This document shows positions 1-10,069 of a DNA stretch of 64,000 nt, piece after piece. The DNA lies in the NCBI GenBank assembly GCA_963706325.1, contig CAVPLT010000007.1, positions 160,001-224,000 on the forward strand. Reading direction: 5' to 3'. Below the pieces are notes generated by a model. That model ran no database searches. It was not told the DNA's origin and saw only the letters and a list, made by a program, of their open reading frames with translations. This stretch comes from an uncultured Nitrospiraceae bacterium (GTDB taxonomy: Bacteria > Nitrospirota > Nitrospiria > Nitrospirales > Nitrospiraceae). Positions within the stretch are counted from its first letter, which is position 1. Each line of letters starts with the position of its first letter. The position numbers and the translations under genes were made by a program.

Positions 1-1
1 G

Positions 2-397
2 TCTCTCCCGGTCACCATTACGGAAGTGTTGGTCAAGCTACGGAAGCCGCCGCTGAGCAGGTTGAGCGTCGACCGGAACTTCCTACGGTTTCGGCTCGGT
101 CCTGATATAGGCATCAGTCTCGGCGCACGCGTGAAGAAACCAGGGTTTGAAATGGTCACGATGCCGGTAGAGCTATCGGTGGTCAAAAAACCGCAAGGCG
201 ACGAAGTCGACGTGATGAAGGGGGATTCTATGTTGTTCGTGCGCGAAGATGGAGTCGAAGCCGCCTGGGCGATCGTCGATCCCATCCTCAACGGCCAAGA
301 CGCACATGAGTACACTCCGGGCAGCTGGGGACCTGTGGAAGCCGATCATCTGGCTGCCGACCTGGGGGGTTGGCACAACCCTCAGAAGTACGAGTAG
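2..397 (+). CDS. zwf: Glucose-6-phosphate 1-dehydrogenase, C-terminal part (runs off window start); conserved YERLL segment missing
   Basis: G6PD C-terminal motifs ...MKGDSMLFVREDGVEAAWAIVDPIL...YTPGSWGP; frame open from position 2. Confidence 0.88.
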   Translation, partial: SLPVTITEVLVKLRKPPLSRLSVDRNFLRFRLGPDIGISLGARVKKPGFEMVTMPVELSVVKKPQGDEVDVMKGDSMLFVREDGVEAAWAIVDPILNGQDAHEYTPGSWGPVEADHLAADLGGWHNPQKYE

Positions 398-571
398 TCG
401 GTACCAATGCCTAACTGGGCAGACGGCATTTTTTCAGCATAAAGAAGCGGATCAAACGTATTGACCACATTTGTTCAGAATGGCGAGCAAGACCCCATGG
501 CAGTTTGAGAATACGGGCTTGAATGTCGAAGTACGAGAGTGCGCCTCCCACAACACGAAAGGAGAGATCCG

Positions 572-1723
572 ATGTCTAGTTCAATGCATCATGTATTCGT
601 TTCAGCAGCGACAGGTCTGGTTCTAATCTGCAGCGGAGCGGCGTGTGCGAAACAGAAGGCCGCCGTCGTTACGGTTCCTGAGGCTCAACGACCCGAGGCA
701 CGACCTTCAGACATGAAGCACAAGGGTCTGGCCGGAGGATTTTATGCCGACAGAGACAAGAGTGACGATTGGTACTATGACTTCTATGAGGGTCCGTCAG
801 CCGAGCGGACAAGCGATCGCACGGCAGTGGACGGGGGTGGTAGCAAGGTTAGGCCGGATGCGATAAAAGTTGCGGACAAGACCCACTTCGTTGATGCCGC
901 GAAACCCGTCGATGCTCGACCATCCGATACCCAAGGACAGGAGTCGGCCGTCAATCAATATTACGATGACCCCTGGTTCTACGAGCCGCGGGATACCTCG
1001 TACACGATGCCGGTGAAGGCGGCGAGCGATACTCCGCGTCCTTCCGCCACTCCGGCCCCGCAAGTGCTCAAGGGAAATGTCACGCACGTGAAACAGGTGC
1101 GGAATGCAACCAGCGGAGGTCAAAATACGGTTGTGCAAATCAAGCCTGTGAAGGGCAATCCAGCGATCGCCGATCTCGGCCCGACCCAGCCCCTTCTCAA
1201 TCTCGCCCTCGCCAAGGGAGATCCTATCGCGGTCGGCGGAAAAAACGAGAACATCGGCCAGTATTCAGTCCTGATGGCCAAGCAGGTGAAGTCCGGGGCC
1301 AACGAGGTCAGCGTAGAAAGAGTGGACACGGCAGCCGCATCTGATCGCAAGGAGGCCACCGGGCGGATCGAGCGAATCAGTGATGTCCGGATTCGCGGCA
1401 CTGAACAGATGCATCGCGTCGCTGTCATTAAAGGCGCCGACGGCCGTCTCATGTTAATCGATCTGGGAGCTGCAACACCGTCGGGAAACGTTCCCGCCAC
1501 CGGCGCTACCGGTGATCAAATGAAGGCCAGCGGGCCGGTCGCCACGGTTGGAAATTATCCCGTGCTCTTTGCCGACCACATGTCCATCGACAATGGTGTG
1601 CCAATAGCAATTGCCAGGCCGGATGGAGCGCACCCTGGGGCGCCGCGTCATGACATGCAATCTCCTCAGGTTCCCGAGAGTGCGAACGCCCCGCAACCTG
1701 TAAATCAGGTGCCAGCCAAGTAA
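572..1723 (+). CDS. Putative exported protein/lipoprotein with two OB-fold-like repeats (DLGP/DLGA; resembles the MamS/MamX-type domain)
   Basis: AGGAG RBS at 560-564, ATG 572; hydrophobic N-terminus with Cys; two C-terminal repeats G-x-(V/I)...D-L-G...GD-x-(I/M)-x-x-x-G...VL-x-A. Confidence 0.6.
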   Translation: MSSSMHHVFVSAATGLVLICSGAACAKQKAAVVTVPEAQRPEARPSDMKHKGLAGGFYADRDKSDDWYYDFYEGPSAERTSDRTAVDGGGSKVRPDAIKVADKTHFVDAAKPVDARPSDTQGQESAVNQYYDDPWFYEPRDTSYTMPVKAASDTPRPSATPAPQVLKGNVTHVKQVRNATSGGQNTVVQIKPVKGNPAIADLGPTQPLLNLALAKGDPIAVGGKNENIGQYSVLMAKQVKSGANEVSVERVDTAAASDRKEATGRIERISDVRIRGTEQMHRVAVIKGADGRLMLIDLGAATPSGNVPATGATGDQMKASGPVATVGNYPVLFADHMSIDNGVPIAIARPDGAHPGAPRHDMQSPQVPESANAPQPVNQVPAK

Positions 1724-1741
1724 TTGAGGCAGACCATTGGA

Positions 1742-1769
1742 GCAGCGGGAAAATAACTCTTCCCGCTGC
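1742..1769 (+). terminator. Stem-loop after the 572-1723 gene (possible terminator)
   Basis: GCAGCGGGAA-N8-TTCCCGCTGC perfect 10-bp stem; weak U-tract. Confidence 0.45.
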
Positions 1770-1907
1770 CCCTCTCCATTCGCGATTCATCTCGCGGTTT
1801 GAGCAATGGAGTTCGTCAATCGATATATACTTGCAAGATCAGGGGACGCTTTGATACAACGGGGCGGCAAAAAAATCCTGATCCCTTTGGCTTCAAGAGA
1901 GAGGCTC

Positions 1908-2219
1908 ATGAACCGCTATCTCGCAATTTTTTTCGTGGTGTTGGGTACAACGGGCTGCACGAGTGTTCAGTACAACGGGACCGACTGCGGCACGCTCCCA
2001 AGTGACACCTTCTGGTCGGGAAATATCGCCCTTCAATGTCAGGAATACCGAAGGCTCCAGGCCGAGACGGTGTATCGAACTGAAGTAGCCCAAATGCTCA
2101 AACAGTACCGAGAATGTGTGACTAAACAGGAAAGTTCACCGTCCGGGAACAAAGAGCGTTGTTCGGTCTACGCTCAAGGTTTCCCCAATCCACCAACGGG
2201 ACAACCTCCATCGAAATAG
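1908..2219 (+). CDS. Small putative lipoprotein
   Basis: GAGG RBS, MNRYLAIFFVVLGTTGC lipobox-like signal, four further Cys. Confidence 0.55.
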   Translation: MNRYLAIFFVVLGTTGCTSVQYNGTDCGTLPSDTFWSGNIALQCQEYRRLQAETVYRTEVAQMLKQYRECVTKQESSPSGNKERCSVYAQGFPNPPTGQPPSK

Positions 2220-2319
2220 GCCAAGGTAAGCGCCTAGCCGGACTTGTTTCCTTCTTGAGGAGCTATAGACTTGTGCAAACGCGGTCACGTATTCGGGGTC
2301 CCCACCTCATCCTCTCCAA

Positions 2320-3411
2320 TTGCCCGCACAGTCTAAGAGGCTGACCGTCCCGGTGAGAAACGTAAGGAAAGTTGAACTGGCTGAAACTCCCGGCATCGAG
2401 TATTCGTTCCGTGGTTCCATAATCAGGACGCTGACTCTGTGGTCGATGTTGGTCGCCTGTACTGCCGGCTGCACAACGTTTTCTCTGCCCACAAATGACC
2501 CTCAGGAAATTCGTCAACAGACGCCTTCCGAGAGTCCGGTGTTTCTCCCTTCCGATGCGACCGTTACCCAGCCTCTCACCGGTACCGAGACCGGGAATCC
2601 AATTATCCTTCCTCGGCGCGGCACATCGGATCTACAAGGTCGACGTGAACCCACGTGGTCGCCTATGGTTCGGGAAAATGATCTGACGCTACGCGCGCCT
2701 CTTCGGCAGACGTGGGCTCCCCATCCCCGGCTGGTCCCGCTTGGGAGCGATGTCGAGTTGGAACGACCTGACAGCGAAATCTTTGCGCATCGGGACCATG
2801 TCACATCAGGGCCGTTCCGAAATCCCTACGCCGGTTCTCGCGACCAGCCGCTCTTTTATCGCGACAACTCGCACGCACTTGCGAGTAATTCAACGCTATC
2901 GGGGGTCGGCCCCCCTCCGCCCCACCACACGGTCAAGACCTTCGGTACGCTCACGGCCATCAGCTTCATCGGCATCGGCGTATACGCATTTGCTCCAGAA
3001 TCCTTCACTGGTGTGAGCAAGGCCGGTGCTCTCAAGGAGGCAAAACAGGACTTCAAAGACGCATGGACCAAACCTCCCGTGTTCGATAAAGATAATGGGA
3101 TGTACAACTATGCGGGGCATCCCTACGTAGGAATGAATTTCTATCTCTCCCAGAGAAATTACGGGGAGAGCCCCTTGTATTCCTTTCTCTTCGCAGCCCT
3201 CTCTTCGACCTGCTTTGAATATTTCGTTGAAAGCTGGGCAGAACGGCCGAGCGTTCAAGATCTGCTCATCACTCCGATTGTGGGGTCCATCCTTGGAGAG
3301 CTCGTGTTCCGCGCCACCCAAGAAATGCGAAAGGACGGCTTCACAAAGACGGAGAAGGTTATCTTGACTATCATCAACCCGCTCTATGTCATGCAAAACG
3401 GGTATCGATAG
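2320..3411 (+). CDS. DUF3943-domain protein (start uncertain)
   Basis: C-terminal NYAGHPYVG...RNYG...FEYFVESWAERPSVQDLLITPIVGSILGE pattern. Confidence 0.7.
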   Translation: MPAQSKRLTVPVRNVRKVELAETPGIEYSFRGSIIRTLTLWSMLVACTAGCTTFSLPTNDPQEIRQQTPSESPVFLPSDATVTQPLTGTETGNPIILPRRGTSDLQGRREPTWSPMVRENDLTLRAPLRQTWAPHPRLVPLGSDVELERPDSEIFAHRDHVTSGPFRNPYAGSRDQPLFYRDNSHALASNSTLSGVGPPPPHHTVKTFGTLTAISFIGIGVYAFAPESFTGVSKAGALKEAKQDFKDAWTKPPVFDKDNGMYNYAGHPYVGMNFYLSQRNYGESPLYSFLFAALSSTCFEYFVESWAERPSVQDLLITPIVGSILGELVFRATQEMRKDGFTKTEKVILTIINPLYVMQNGYR

Positions 3412-3657
3412 CTGTTTTGCGTCGTATCGCCCGTCGAGGTCTGGATTGCAGCTGACAGGACTATTGCAGTGTCACTCCCACATCGAGAGTTCTCGAGTGT
3501 ATCCACTCTTTGCGATGTTAGTCGGATGCGGCGTGCCCGGAAGCAGCGCTGAACATGGAGTGGAAGAATGTCAGCTATCCGTCGAGTGAAAATGAAAGGG
3601 GCTTGTTCCGGGAGCAAGGGCGGATGGAAGGTAGGGTTGTGCGCAGAAGGCACTTAA

Positions 3658-4554
3658 CTATTTCAGGGCTTCGGCGCCTCCCACGATATCCATGAGTTCC
3701 CTGGTGATCGCTGCCTGCCTGGTCTTGTTGTAGTAAATGGTCAATTTTTTAATCAGTTCGCCGGCGTTCCGCGTTGCGCCGTCCATGGCCGCCATACGGG
3801 CACCTTGTTCGGCGGCGGTTGATTCCAGCAGAATGCGATACGATTGGACGTGGAAATTGCGGTGCAGGAGTTCGTTCAACAACTCGTCTTCACCCGGCTC
3901 GTATAGGTAGCCGCCAGGCATGGTTTCGGTAGCTTGATCAAGATCCTTTGGGTCGGAAATCTCCACGAGCCAGTCGATCGGCAGGAGCTTTTCGACGACG
4001 ACCCGTTGCTGAAGGGCTGATTTGAATTCATTGTAAATGACATAGACCGCATCGATTCGTCCTGCGATATAGTCATCGACGGCTTGCAGTTCGGAACCCA
4101 GCAGCATCCCGTGCTCAAAGGTCAACTTGTCGAAGAGGTCGACGACCTCTCGGCGCACCTTCCAGGCGCGTCGTCGAAAAAAATCACGGCCTTTCCGGCC
4201 GACGACCGCCACCTCGACCTGCGCGCCGTGGGCTTCAAATTCTTTCAACGTCGCGGCCGCCGTGCGGAGAATGTTGGAGTTGAAGGCCCCGCACAATCCA
4301 CGGTCACTTGTGATGACGGCAATCACGATGCGGTTGCCCTCTCGCTTCCGGAGCAGGGGATGCGCCTCTCGGTTCACACGCCGGCTGAGGTTGCGGATGG
4401 TATCCCGCATCTTGTAGGCGTAAGGCCGCGCGGCGAGAATGCGGTCCTGCGTGCGCTTGAGTTTCGCCGCCGCCACCATTTTCATGGCTTTCGTGATTTT
4501 CTGGGTTTTCTTAACTGAGGCGATCTTCCGTCGGACGGATTGCAGGCTAGGCAT
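3658..4554 (-). CDS. atpG: F-type ATP synthase gamma subunit, solitary copy
   Basis: KITKAMKMVAAAK, TSDRGLCGAFN, EQGARMAAMDGATRNA, RQAAITRELMDIVGGA motifs. Confidence 0.97.
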   Translation of the reverse strand: MPSLQSVRRKIASVKKTQKITKAMKMVAAAKLKRTQDRILAARPYAYKMRDTIRNLSRRVNREAHPLLRKREGNRIVIAVITSDRGLCGAFNSNILRTAAATLKEFEAHGAQVEVAVVGRKGRDFFRRRAWKVRREVVDLFDKLTFEHGMLLGSELQAVDDYIAGRIDAVYVIYNEFKSALQQRVVVEKLLPIDWLVEISDPKDLDQATETMPGGYLYEPGEDELLNELLHRNFHVQSYRILLESTAAEQGARMAAMDGATRNAGELIKKLTIYYNKTRQAAITRELMDIVGGAEALK

Positions 4555-4868
4555 GTAGTTGTACCACCGTAGTCATCGAAGCGAAATCTTAGGGTTGTCT
4601 TTGTATGAATAGAACGCGGCAGGCTACCATCAGTGGTCACAGTACGTCAAGACGGCTGCCAACCGGTATGCTGCTGTTTGCCTATCGTACTGTGTGTTCA
4701 GGCCGATCCCCTGTCTGCTGACGGTGAATATCGAGAAAACATGCGATATCACGAGTTTCTTGGTGCTCGACCGGCGGTCTTCCCCCAATCATTTCTGTGC
4801 CGTGATTCGTCCTCAAAACTGGAATCATACGGGATATCGACTGCATGCTACACGCGGTTCTAATCAGA

Positions 4869-4888
4869 ACCTGTAACTTTTGACAGTT
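4869..4888 (+). promoter_or_regulatory. lux-box-like site 1 (ACCTGTAACTTTTGACAGTT) upstream of ppk2 and the carbohydrate cluster
   Basis: 20-bp CTG-N10-CAG dyad; TATAAC 21 bp downstream (4910-4915). Confidence 0.75.
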
Positions 4889-4998
4889 ATGAATCAGACC
4901 GGGTCAGTCTATAACATCACAAGAGCGAAGTACGGTCCGAGGGCTTAAATGTATATTGATGAAAAAGCACAACACCCGCGCGATGCCATATCAGATGG

Positions 4999-5831
4999 GA
5001 AACGGAGAAAATAATGGTGAAAGAGAAGCTGCCGGAAGGCAATGGCAAGGCCAAACTCAAGGGCAAAGAATATGAAAAGGAAATACGCCGGCTTCAGGCC
5101 AAGCTTTGCGACCTTCAGGCCTGGGTGAAGCATAAAGGGCTGCGCGTGATGGTCTTGTTTGAAGGCCGTGACGGCGCGGGGAAGGGCGGCACGATTCGAG
5201 CCATCACGGAACGCGTGAGTCCGCGCGTGTTCCGTGTGGTGGCGCTCCCGGCGCCCACGGATCGCGAGAAGACCCAGATGTACATGCAGCGGTACATGGC
5301 GCACTTCCCGGCGGCCGGCGAGATCGTCATTTTTGACCGCAGCTGGTATAACCGCGCGGGGGTCGAACACGTCATGGGGTTTTGTACGAAAGAGCAGTAC
5401 CGCGGCTTTCTGGAGCACTGTTCGGTTGTCGAGAAGTACATCGTCGACGCCGGAATCATCCTGGTCAAGTATTGGCTGGAGGTAAGCAACCAGGAGCAGG
5501 AACGGCGATTCGAAGCTCGCATCGAAGACCCCTTGCGCCAGTGGAAGCTCAGTCCGATGGATTTGCCGTCCCGCGAGAAATGGTACGACTACTCCCATGC
5601 CCGCGACCGCATGCTGGAGGCGACCGATACGACGCACGCCCCCTGGCATCTGGTGCATTCGGATGACAAGAAACGAGCGCGCCTCAACTGCATCAGCCAT
5701 TTGCTCTCACGGATCCCTTACAAGGACCTTCGGCGGGAGAAACTCAAGATACCCCAGCGATCCAAGAAAGGCGCCTACGACGATCACGCCACCTTGCAAA
5801 GTAGAAATTTTGTACGAGAGGTGTATTGATG
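4999..5831 (+). repeat. 833-bp direct repeat, copy 1 (RBS to stop of ppk2)
   Basis: Matches 22957-23789 (offset 17,958); identical translations in all frames of the ORF track. Confidence 0.93.
5014..5829 (+). CDS. ppk2: Polyphosphate kinase 2
   Basis: FEGRDGAGKGG P-loop, IFDRSWYNRAGVE, WKLSPMD. Confidence 0.95.
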   Translation: MVKEKLPEGNGKAKLKGKEYEKEIRRLQAKLCDLQAWVKHKGLRVMVLFEGRDGAGKGGTIRAITERVSPRVFRVVALPAPTDREKTQMYMQRYMAHFPAAGEIVIFDRSWYNRAGVEHVMGFCTKEQYRGFLEHCSVVEKYIVDAGIILVKYWLEVSNQEQERRFEARIEDPLRQWKLSPMDLPSREKWYDYSHARDRMLEATDTTHAPWHLVHSDDKKRARLNCISHLLSRIPYKDLRREKLKIPQRSKKGAYDDHATLQSRNFVREVY

Positions 5832-6395
5832 ACTGGTTGGGCTTGATTTGCTTAAGGAACAAGAACTCACTGGAACGATCCGATTAGTGGGTAGGGGATG
5901 TTTCCTGACGTTCCGAACGCTCTTCGAAACATGCCAGTTAATGTGACAGGCTCAGCTCAACAGGAGTGGAACAAACCGAGGAGGTGGAGCAGTCCGTCAA
6001 TCTGGTTTGGGTAGAGGGCCCCAGGACCTTTCTGCCCTCCATCAGCCAACGAATCGTCGCTTCGCTGATACACCATTGATGCCTGGCGCTGGACGTCCGC
6101 CGACTATGATGGCGACCGCTTCGACCATCGCGATTCGTTTACTGTCCTTGTTGCATTCATCCTATGGCAAGCCTCGAATCCTCGTGTCCACGCATGCGAG
6201 GTATACGAAGAATACATGTACCATTCGCGCGCATGAAGAAAGAAAAGGACCCTGTCCTCTCAGCCGGACAATTCGATTTCACGGAGATGACGCAGCAGAG
6301 TGGTGTCATTGGGGCTTATAGGGGGACAGGCTGTGCCGTTTCTTCCTGGGTGAAGTAGGTCGGCTACATCGGTATTGCGGGAAAAGGAGCGTGTT

Positions 6396-7424
6396 ATGAC
6401 AGCAGCACAAGAACTGGAACAGACGGCGGGCGCATTGGTCGCCGGGGGGAAAGGCATCCTGGCGGCAGACGAAACTGTCGCCACCGTCACGAAGCGACTG
6501 AACGCGCTCCAGATCGAATCCACCGCCGACAGCCGGCGGACCTACCGCGAAATGTTTTTTACGACACCCGGCGCAGCAGAGTTCATCAGCGGTGCCATCT
6601 TATACGACGAAACTATCCGTCAGAACAGCTCCTCCGGCATTCCGCTTGCGGAGGTGCTGAGAAAGCAAGGCATCATCCCTGGGATCAAGGTGGATACGGG
6701 GGCCAAGGCGCTGGCCGGCTCGCCTGACGAAACCGTTACGGAAGGGCTGGACGGTTTGCGCGACCGCCTGAAGGAATACTATGGCCTTGGCGCGCGCTTT
6801 GCGAAGTGGCGCGCCGTCATTCGGATTACAGAGCAACTCCCGAGTCCCAGGTGCATCAACGTGAATGCGCATGCGCTGGGCCGTTACGCGGCGTTGTGCC
6901 AGGAGGCGGGGCTTGTGCCCATCGTGGAGCCCGAAGTCCTCATGGACGGAGGGCATACGATCGAACGGTGCAACGAGGTAACCGGTTCCGTCCTTCACGC
7001 GCTCTTCAACGCTCTGTGCGAGCAACGGATAGTCCTGGAACAGATGCTGCTCAAGCCCAGCATGGTCATCTCGGGAAAGTCCTGTCCGGAGCAGGCTTCG
7101 GTCAGCGAAGTCGCCACGGCGACACTGCGCTGTCTGCGCCAGTATGTTCCGGCCGCGGTTCCCGGTATCGTGTTCCTGTCCGGCGGTCAAAGCGATCTCC
7201 TTGCAACCAGGCATCTCAACGCCATTAATATGCTTGACAGGCCGCATCCCTGGACAGTCAGTTTTTCCTATGGTCGTGCGCTTCAGGACCCGGCGCTGCA
7301 TGCGTGGCAGGGCAAGGCGGAGCGATTTAAGGCAGGCCAACAGGCGTTCCATCATCGGGCCAAGTGCAACGGCGCCGCCGCTCTTGGACGATATACCGAG
7401 GCGCTGGAGGGGGTCTTGCCGTGA
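6396..7424 (+). CDS. fba: Class I fructose-bisphosphate aldolase
   Basis: GKGILAADE, GARFAKWRAV, VPIVEPEV, LLKPSMV (Schiff-base Lys), FLSGGQ, FSYGRALQ; AGGAG RBS. Confidence 0.95.
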   Translation: MTAAQELEQTAGALVAGGKGILAADETVATVTKRLNALQIESTADSRRTYREMFFTTPGAAEFISGAILYDETIRQNSSSGIPLAEVLRKQGIIPGIKVDTGAKALAGSPDETVTEGLDGLRDRLKEYYGLGARFAKWRAVIRITEQLPSPRCINVNAHALGRYAALCQEAGLVPIVEPEVLMDGGHTIERCNEVTGSVLHALFNALCEQRIVLEQMLLKPSMVISGKSCPEQASVSEVATATLRCLRQYVPAAVPGIVFLSGGQSDLLATRHLNAINMLDRPHPWTVSFSYGRALQDPALHAWQGKAERFKAGQQAFHHRAKCNGAAALGRYTEALEGVLP

Positions 7425-7534
7425 ATATCAGCGCAGAGGAATCGGGCTTGGCGGTCTATGTGGTCGCGGCGGACGAAGAAACATGGATTGCCAGGGAGAC
7501 GGTAGGGCGCGTGCGAAGCATACATTCGTCATAA
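7421..7534 (+). pseudogene. ackA: Acetate kinase remnant (37 codons: start fused to the extreme C-terminus)
   Basis: Translates MNISAEESGLAVYVVAADEETWIARET..., resembling the AckA C-terminal IS...V-x-V...(T/D)EE-x-x-IAR-x-T motif; GTG overlaps the fba stop; directly upstream of xfp. Confidence 0.7.
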
Positions 7535-7573
7535 GCCAATAGAGCCGACTATAAGAGCGGGAAAGGAGAGGTC

Positions 7574-9982
7574 ATGGCAAATCCGATATCGCAGAAGGAG
7601 CTGAAATTGATCGACGCCTACTGGAGGGCGGCCAACTACCTTTCAGTGGGACAGATTTATCTGCATGATAACCCGCTTCTGAAGAAGCCGTTGAGTAAGG
7701 AGCATGTGAAGTCGAGGCTTCTGGGTCACTGGGGCACCACCCCGGGTCTCAATTTCATCTATGCGCATCTGAACCGAGCAATCAAGGCCCGCGACCTCAG
7801 CATGATCTACATCATCGGTCCGGGCCATGGCGGTCCCGGCATCGTCGCCAATACCTATATGGAGGGCACCTACTCGGAGGTCTACCCGAACATTGCGCAA
7901 GACGAAGTGGGCATGCAGCGGCTATTCAAACAGTTCTCGTTCCCCGGAGGCATCCCCAGCCACGTAGCGCCCGAGACCCCCGGCTCAATACACGAAGGCG
8001 GCGAATTAGGGTACGCGGTCTCTCACGCCTACGGGGCTGCATATGATAATCCCGACCTGATCGTCGCCTGCGTCGTCGGCGACGGCGAGGCGGAAACCGG
8101 ACCGTTGGCAACCTCCTGGCACTCCAACAAGTTCCTCAATCCGGCGACCGACGGAGCAGTGCTGCCGATCCTCCACCTGAATGGGTACAAGATCGCCAAT
8201 CCCTGCCTGTTGGCTCGTATCAGCCACGAAGAATTGGATCATCTCTTCCGCGGCTACGGCTACACGCCCCATTTCGTCGAGGGCAGTGATCCGGCCAAGA
8301 TGCACCAGCTCATGGCTGACACCGTCGACACTTGCATGGAGGAAATCCGTAGCATCCAGACGCAGGCGCGGACGAAAGGTGTGAAGGAGCGGCCGCGTTG
8401 GCCAATGATCATCCTCCGTTCTCCCAAGGGGTGGACTTGCCCGAAGGAGATTGACGGTAAACGAACCGAGGACTACTGGCGGAGCCACCAGGTGCCGATG
8501 GGTGAGATGCACGAAAAGCCCGAGCATGTGAAGATCCTTGAAAAATGGATGAAGAGCTACAAGCCGGATGAGCTGTTCGACAAAACCGGCCGGCTCATCC
8601 CCGAGCTCGCTGATCTTCCGCCGAAGGGTGAGCGCCGCATGAGCGCCAATCCGCACGCCAACGGCGGCTTGGTGCTCCGTGACTTGCGTCTGCCGGACTT
8701 CCGTGACTATGCCGTCAAGGTTACGTCACCCGGCGCCATTGAGGCCGAGTCCACCCGCCACATGGGAAAGTTCCTGGCCGACACGATGAAGCTGAACATG
8801 GAGAGTCGTAATTTCCGTCTGTTCAGTCCGGACGAGAACAACTCAAACCGGTGGCAAGATGCGCTGGAGGTCACCAACCGCGCTTGGATGGCGGATCGCT
8901 ATCCATACGATGACCATTTGGCCCCTGACGGACGCGTCATGGAAATGCTCAGTGAACACCAGTGTCAGGGGTGGCTGGAAGGGTATCTTTTGAGCGGACG
9001 GCACGGGTTTTTCTCCTGCTACGAGGCCTTCATCCATATTATCGACTCAATGTTCAATCAGCATGCCAAGTGGCTGAAGGTCTGCAATGATATTCGGTGG
9101 CGGCGGCCGATTGCCTCGCTCAATTATCTGTTGTCCTCGCACGTCTGGCGGCAGGATCACAACGGGTTCAGTCACCAGGACCCCGGCTTCATCGACCACG
9201 TCGTGAACAAGAAAGCGGAGGTTGTGCGCGTATATCTGCCGCCGGACGCGAACACCCTCTTGTCGGTCACCGATCACTGTCTGCGCAGCCGCAATTACAT
9301 CAATGTGATCGTCGCTGGCAAGCAGCCTGCTCCGCAATGGTTGACGATGGACCAGGCCGTCAGGCACTGCACAGCGGGCATCGGAATTTGGGAATGGGCC
9401 AGCAACGACAGGGGAGGGGACCCCGACGTCGTCATGGCCTGCTGCGGCGACGTCCCCACGCTCGAAACGCTGGCTGCGGTGGATCTGTTTCGCCAGCATC
9501 TCCCGGCGCTGAAGATCCGTGTGGTGAACGTCGTCAACCTGATGAAATTGCAGCCGCAGAGTGAGCACCCGCATGGCCTGCCGGATCAGGACTTCGATGC
9601 ACTCTTTACGAAAGACAAGCCCATCGTGTTCGCCTTCCACGGCTATCCATGGTTGATCCATCGGCTCACGTACCGGCGGACGAACCATAAGAATCTGCAC
9701 GTACGCGGCTACAAGGAAGAAGGCACGACGAGCACGCCATTCGACATGGTGGTGATGAATGATCTTGATCGGTTTCATCTCTTTGGCGACGTGATTGATC
9801 GGCTACCGCAACTTGGGTCCCGCGCAGCCTATGCCAAGCAGGCGGTTCGCGACAAGTTGCTCGAGCACAAAGAATACATCTCGAAGTACGGCGAAGATAT
9901 GCCCGAAATCACAGACTGGCAATGGGGTAAGGCGAAAGCGGCAACGAGGCGGAGGACCACGACAGAAGGAGACAACGTCTAA
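7574..9982 (+). CDS. xfp: Xylulose-5-phosphate/fructose-6-phosphate phosphoketolase
   Basis: [36 protein letters not shown]. Confidence 0.96.
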   Translation: MANPISQKELKLIDAYWRAANYLSVGQIYLHDNPLLKKPLSKEHVKSRLLGHWGTTPGLNFIYAHLNRAIKARDLSMIYIIGPGHGGPGIVANTYMEGTYSEVYPNIAQDEVGMQRLFKQFSFPGGIPSHVAPETPGSIHEGGELGYAVSHAYGAAYDNPDLIVACVVGDGEAETGPLATSWHSNKFLNPATDGAVLPILHLNGYKIANPCLLARISHEELDHLFRGYGYTPHFVEGSDPAKMHQLMADTVDTCMEEIRSIQTQARTKGVKERPRWPMIILRSPKGWTCPKEIDGKRTEDYWRSHQVPMGEMHEKPEHVKILEKWMKSYKPDELFDKTGRLIPELADLPPKGERRMSANPHANGGLVLRDLRLPDFRDYAVKVTSPGAIEAESTRHMGKFLADTMKLNMESRNFRLFSPDENNSNRWQDALEVTNRAWMADRYPYDDHLAPDGRVMEMLSEHQCQGWLEGYLLSGRHGFFSCYEAFIHIIDSMFNQHAKWLKVCNDIRWRRPIASLNYLLSSHVWRQDHNGFSHQDPGFIDHVVNKKAEVVRVYLPPDANTLLSVTDHCLRSRNYINVIVAGKQPAPQWLTMDQAVRHCTAGIGIWEWASNDRGGDPDVVMACCGDVPTLETLAAVDLFRQHLPALKIRVVNVVNLMKLQPQSEHPHGLPDQDFDALFTKDKPIVFAFHGYPWLIHRLTYRRTNHKNLHVRGYKEEGTTSTPFDMVVMNDLDRFHLFGDVIDRLPQLGSRAAYAKQAVRDKLLEHKEYISKYGEDMPEITDWQWGKAKAATRRRTTTEGDNV

Positions 9983-10069
9983 GCGGCGACTCAAATACAT
10001 GATGAGACCGGAATAAGGAAGTCGCGTCGGCGAATAAACCGGGTCCTTGAGCCGCATCGCGGAGGTTGT

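Noticed and set aside
5932..5951. Possible extra lux box TGCCAGTTAATGTGACAGGC upstream of fba
   Set aside because: Only the right half-site (TGACAG) matches; no CTG at the required spacing.
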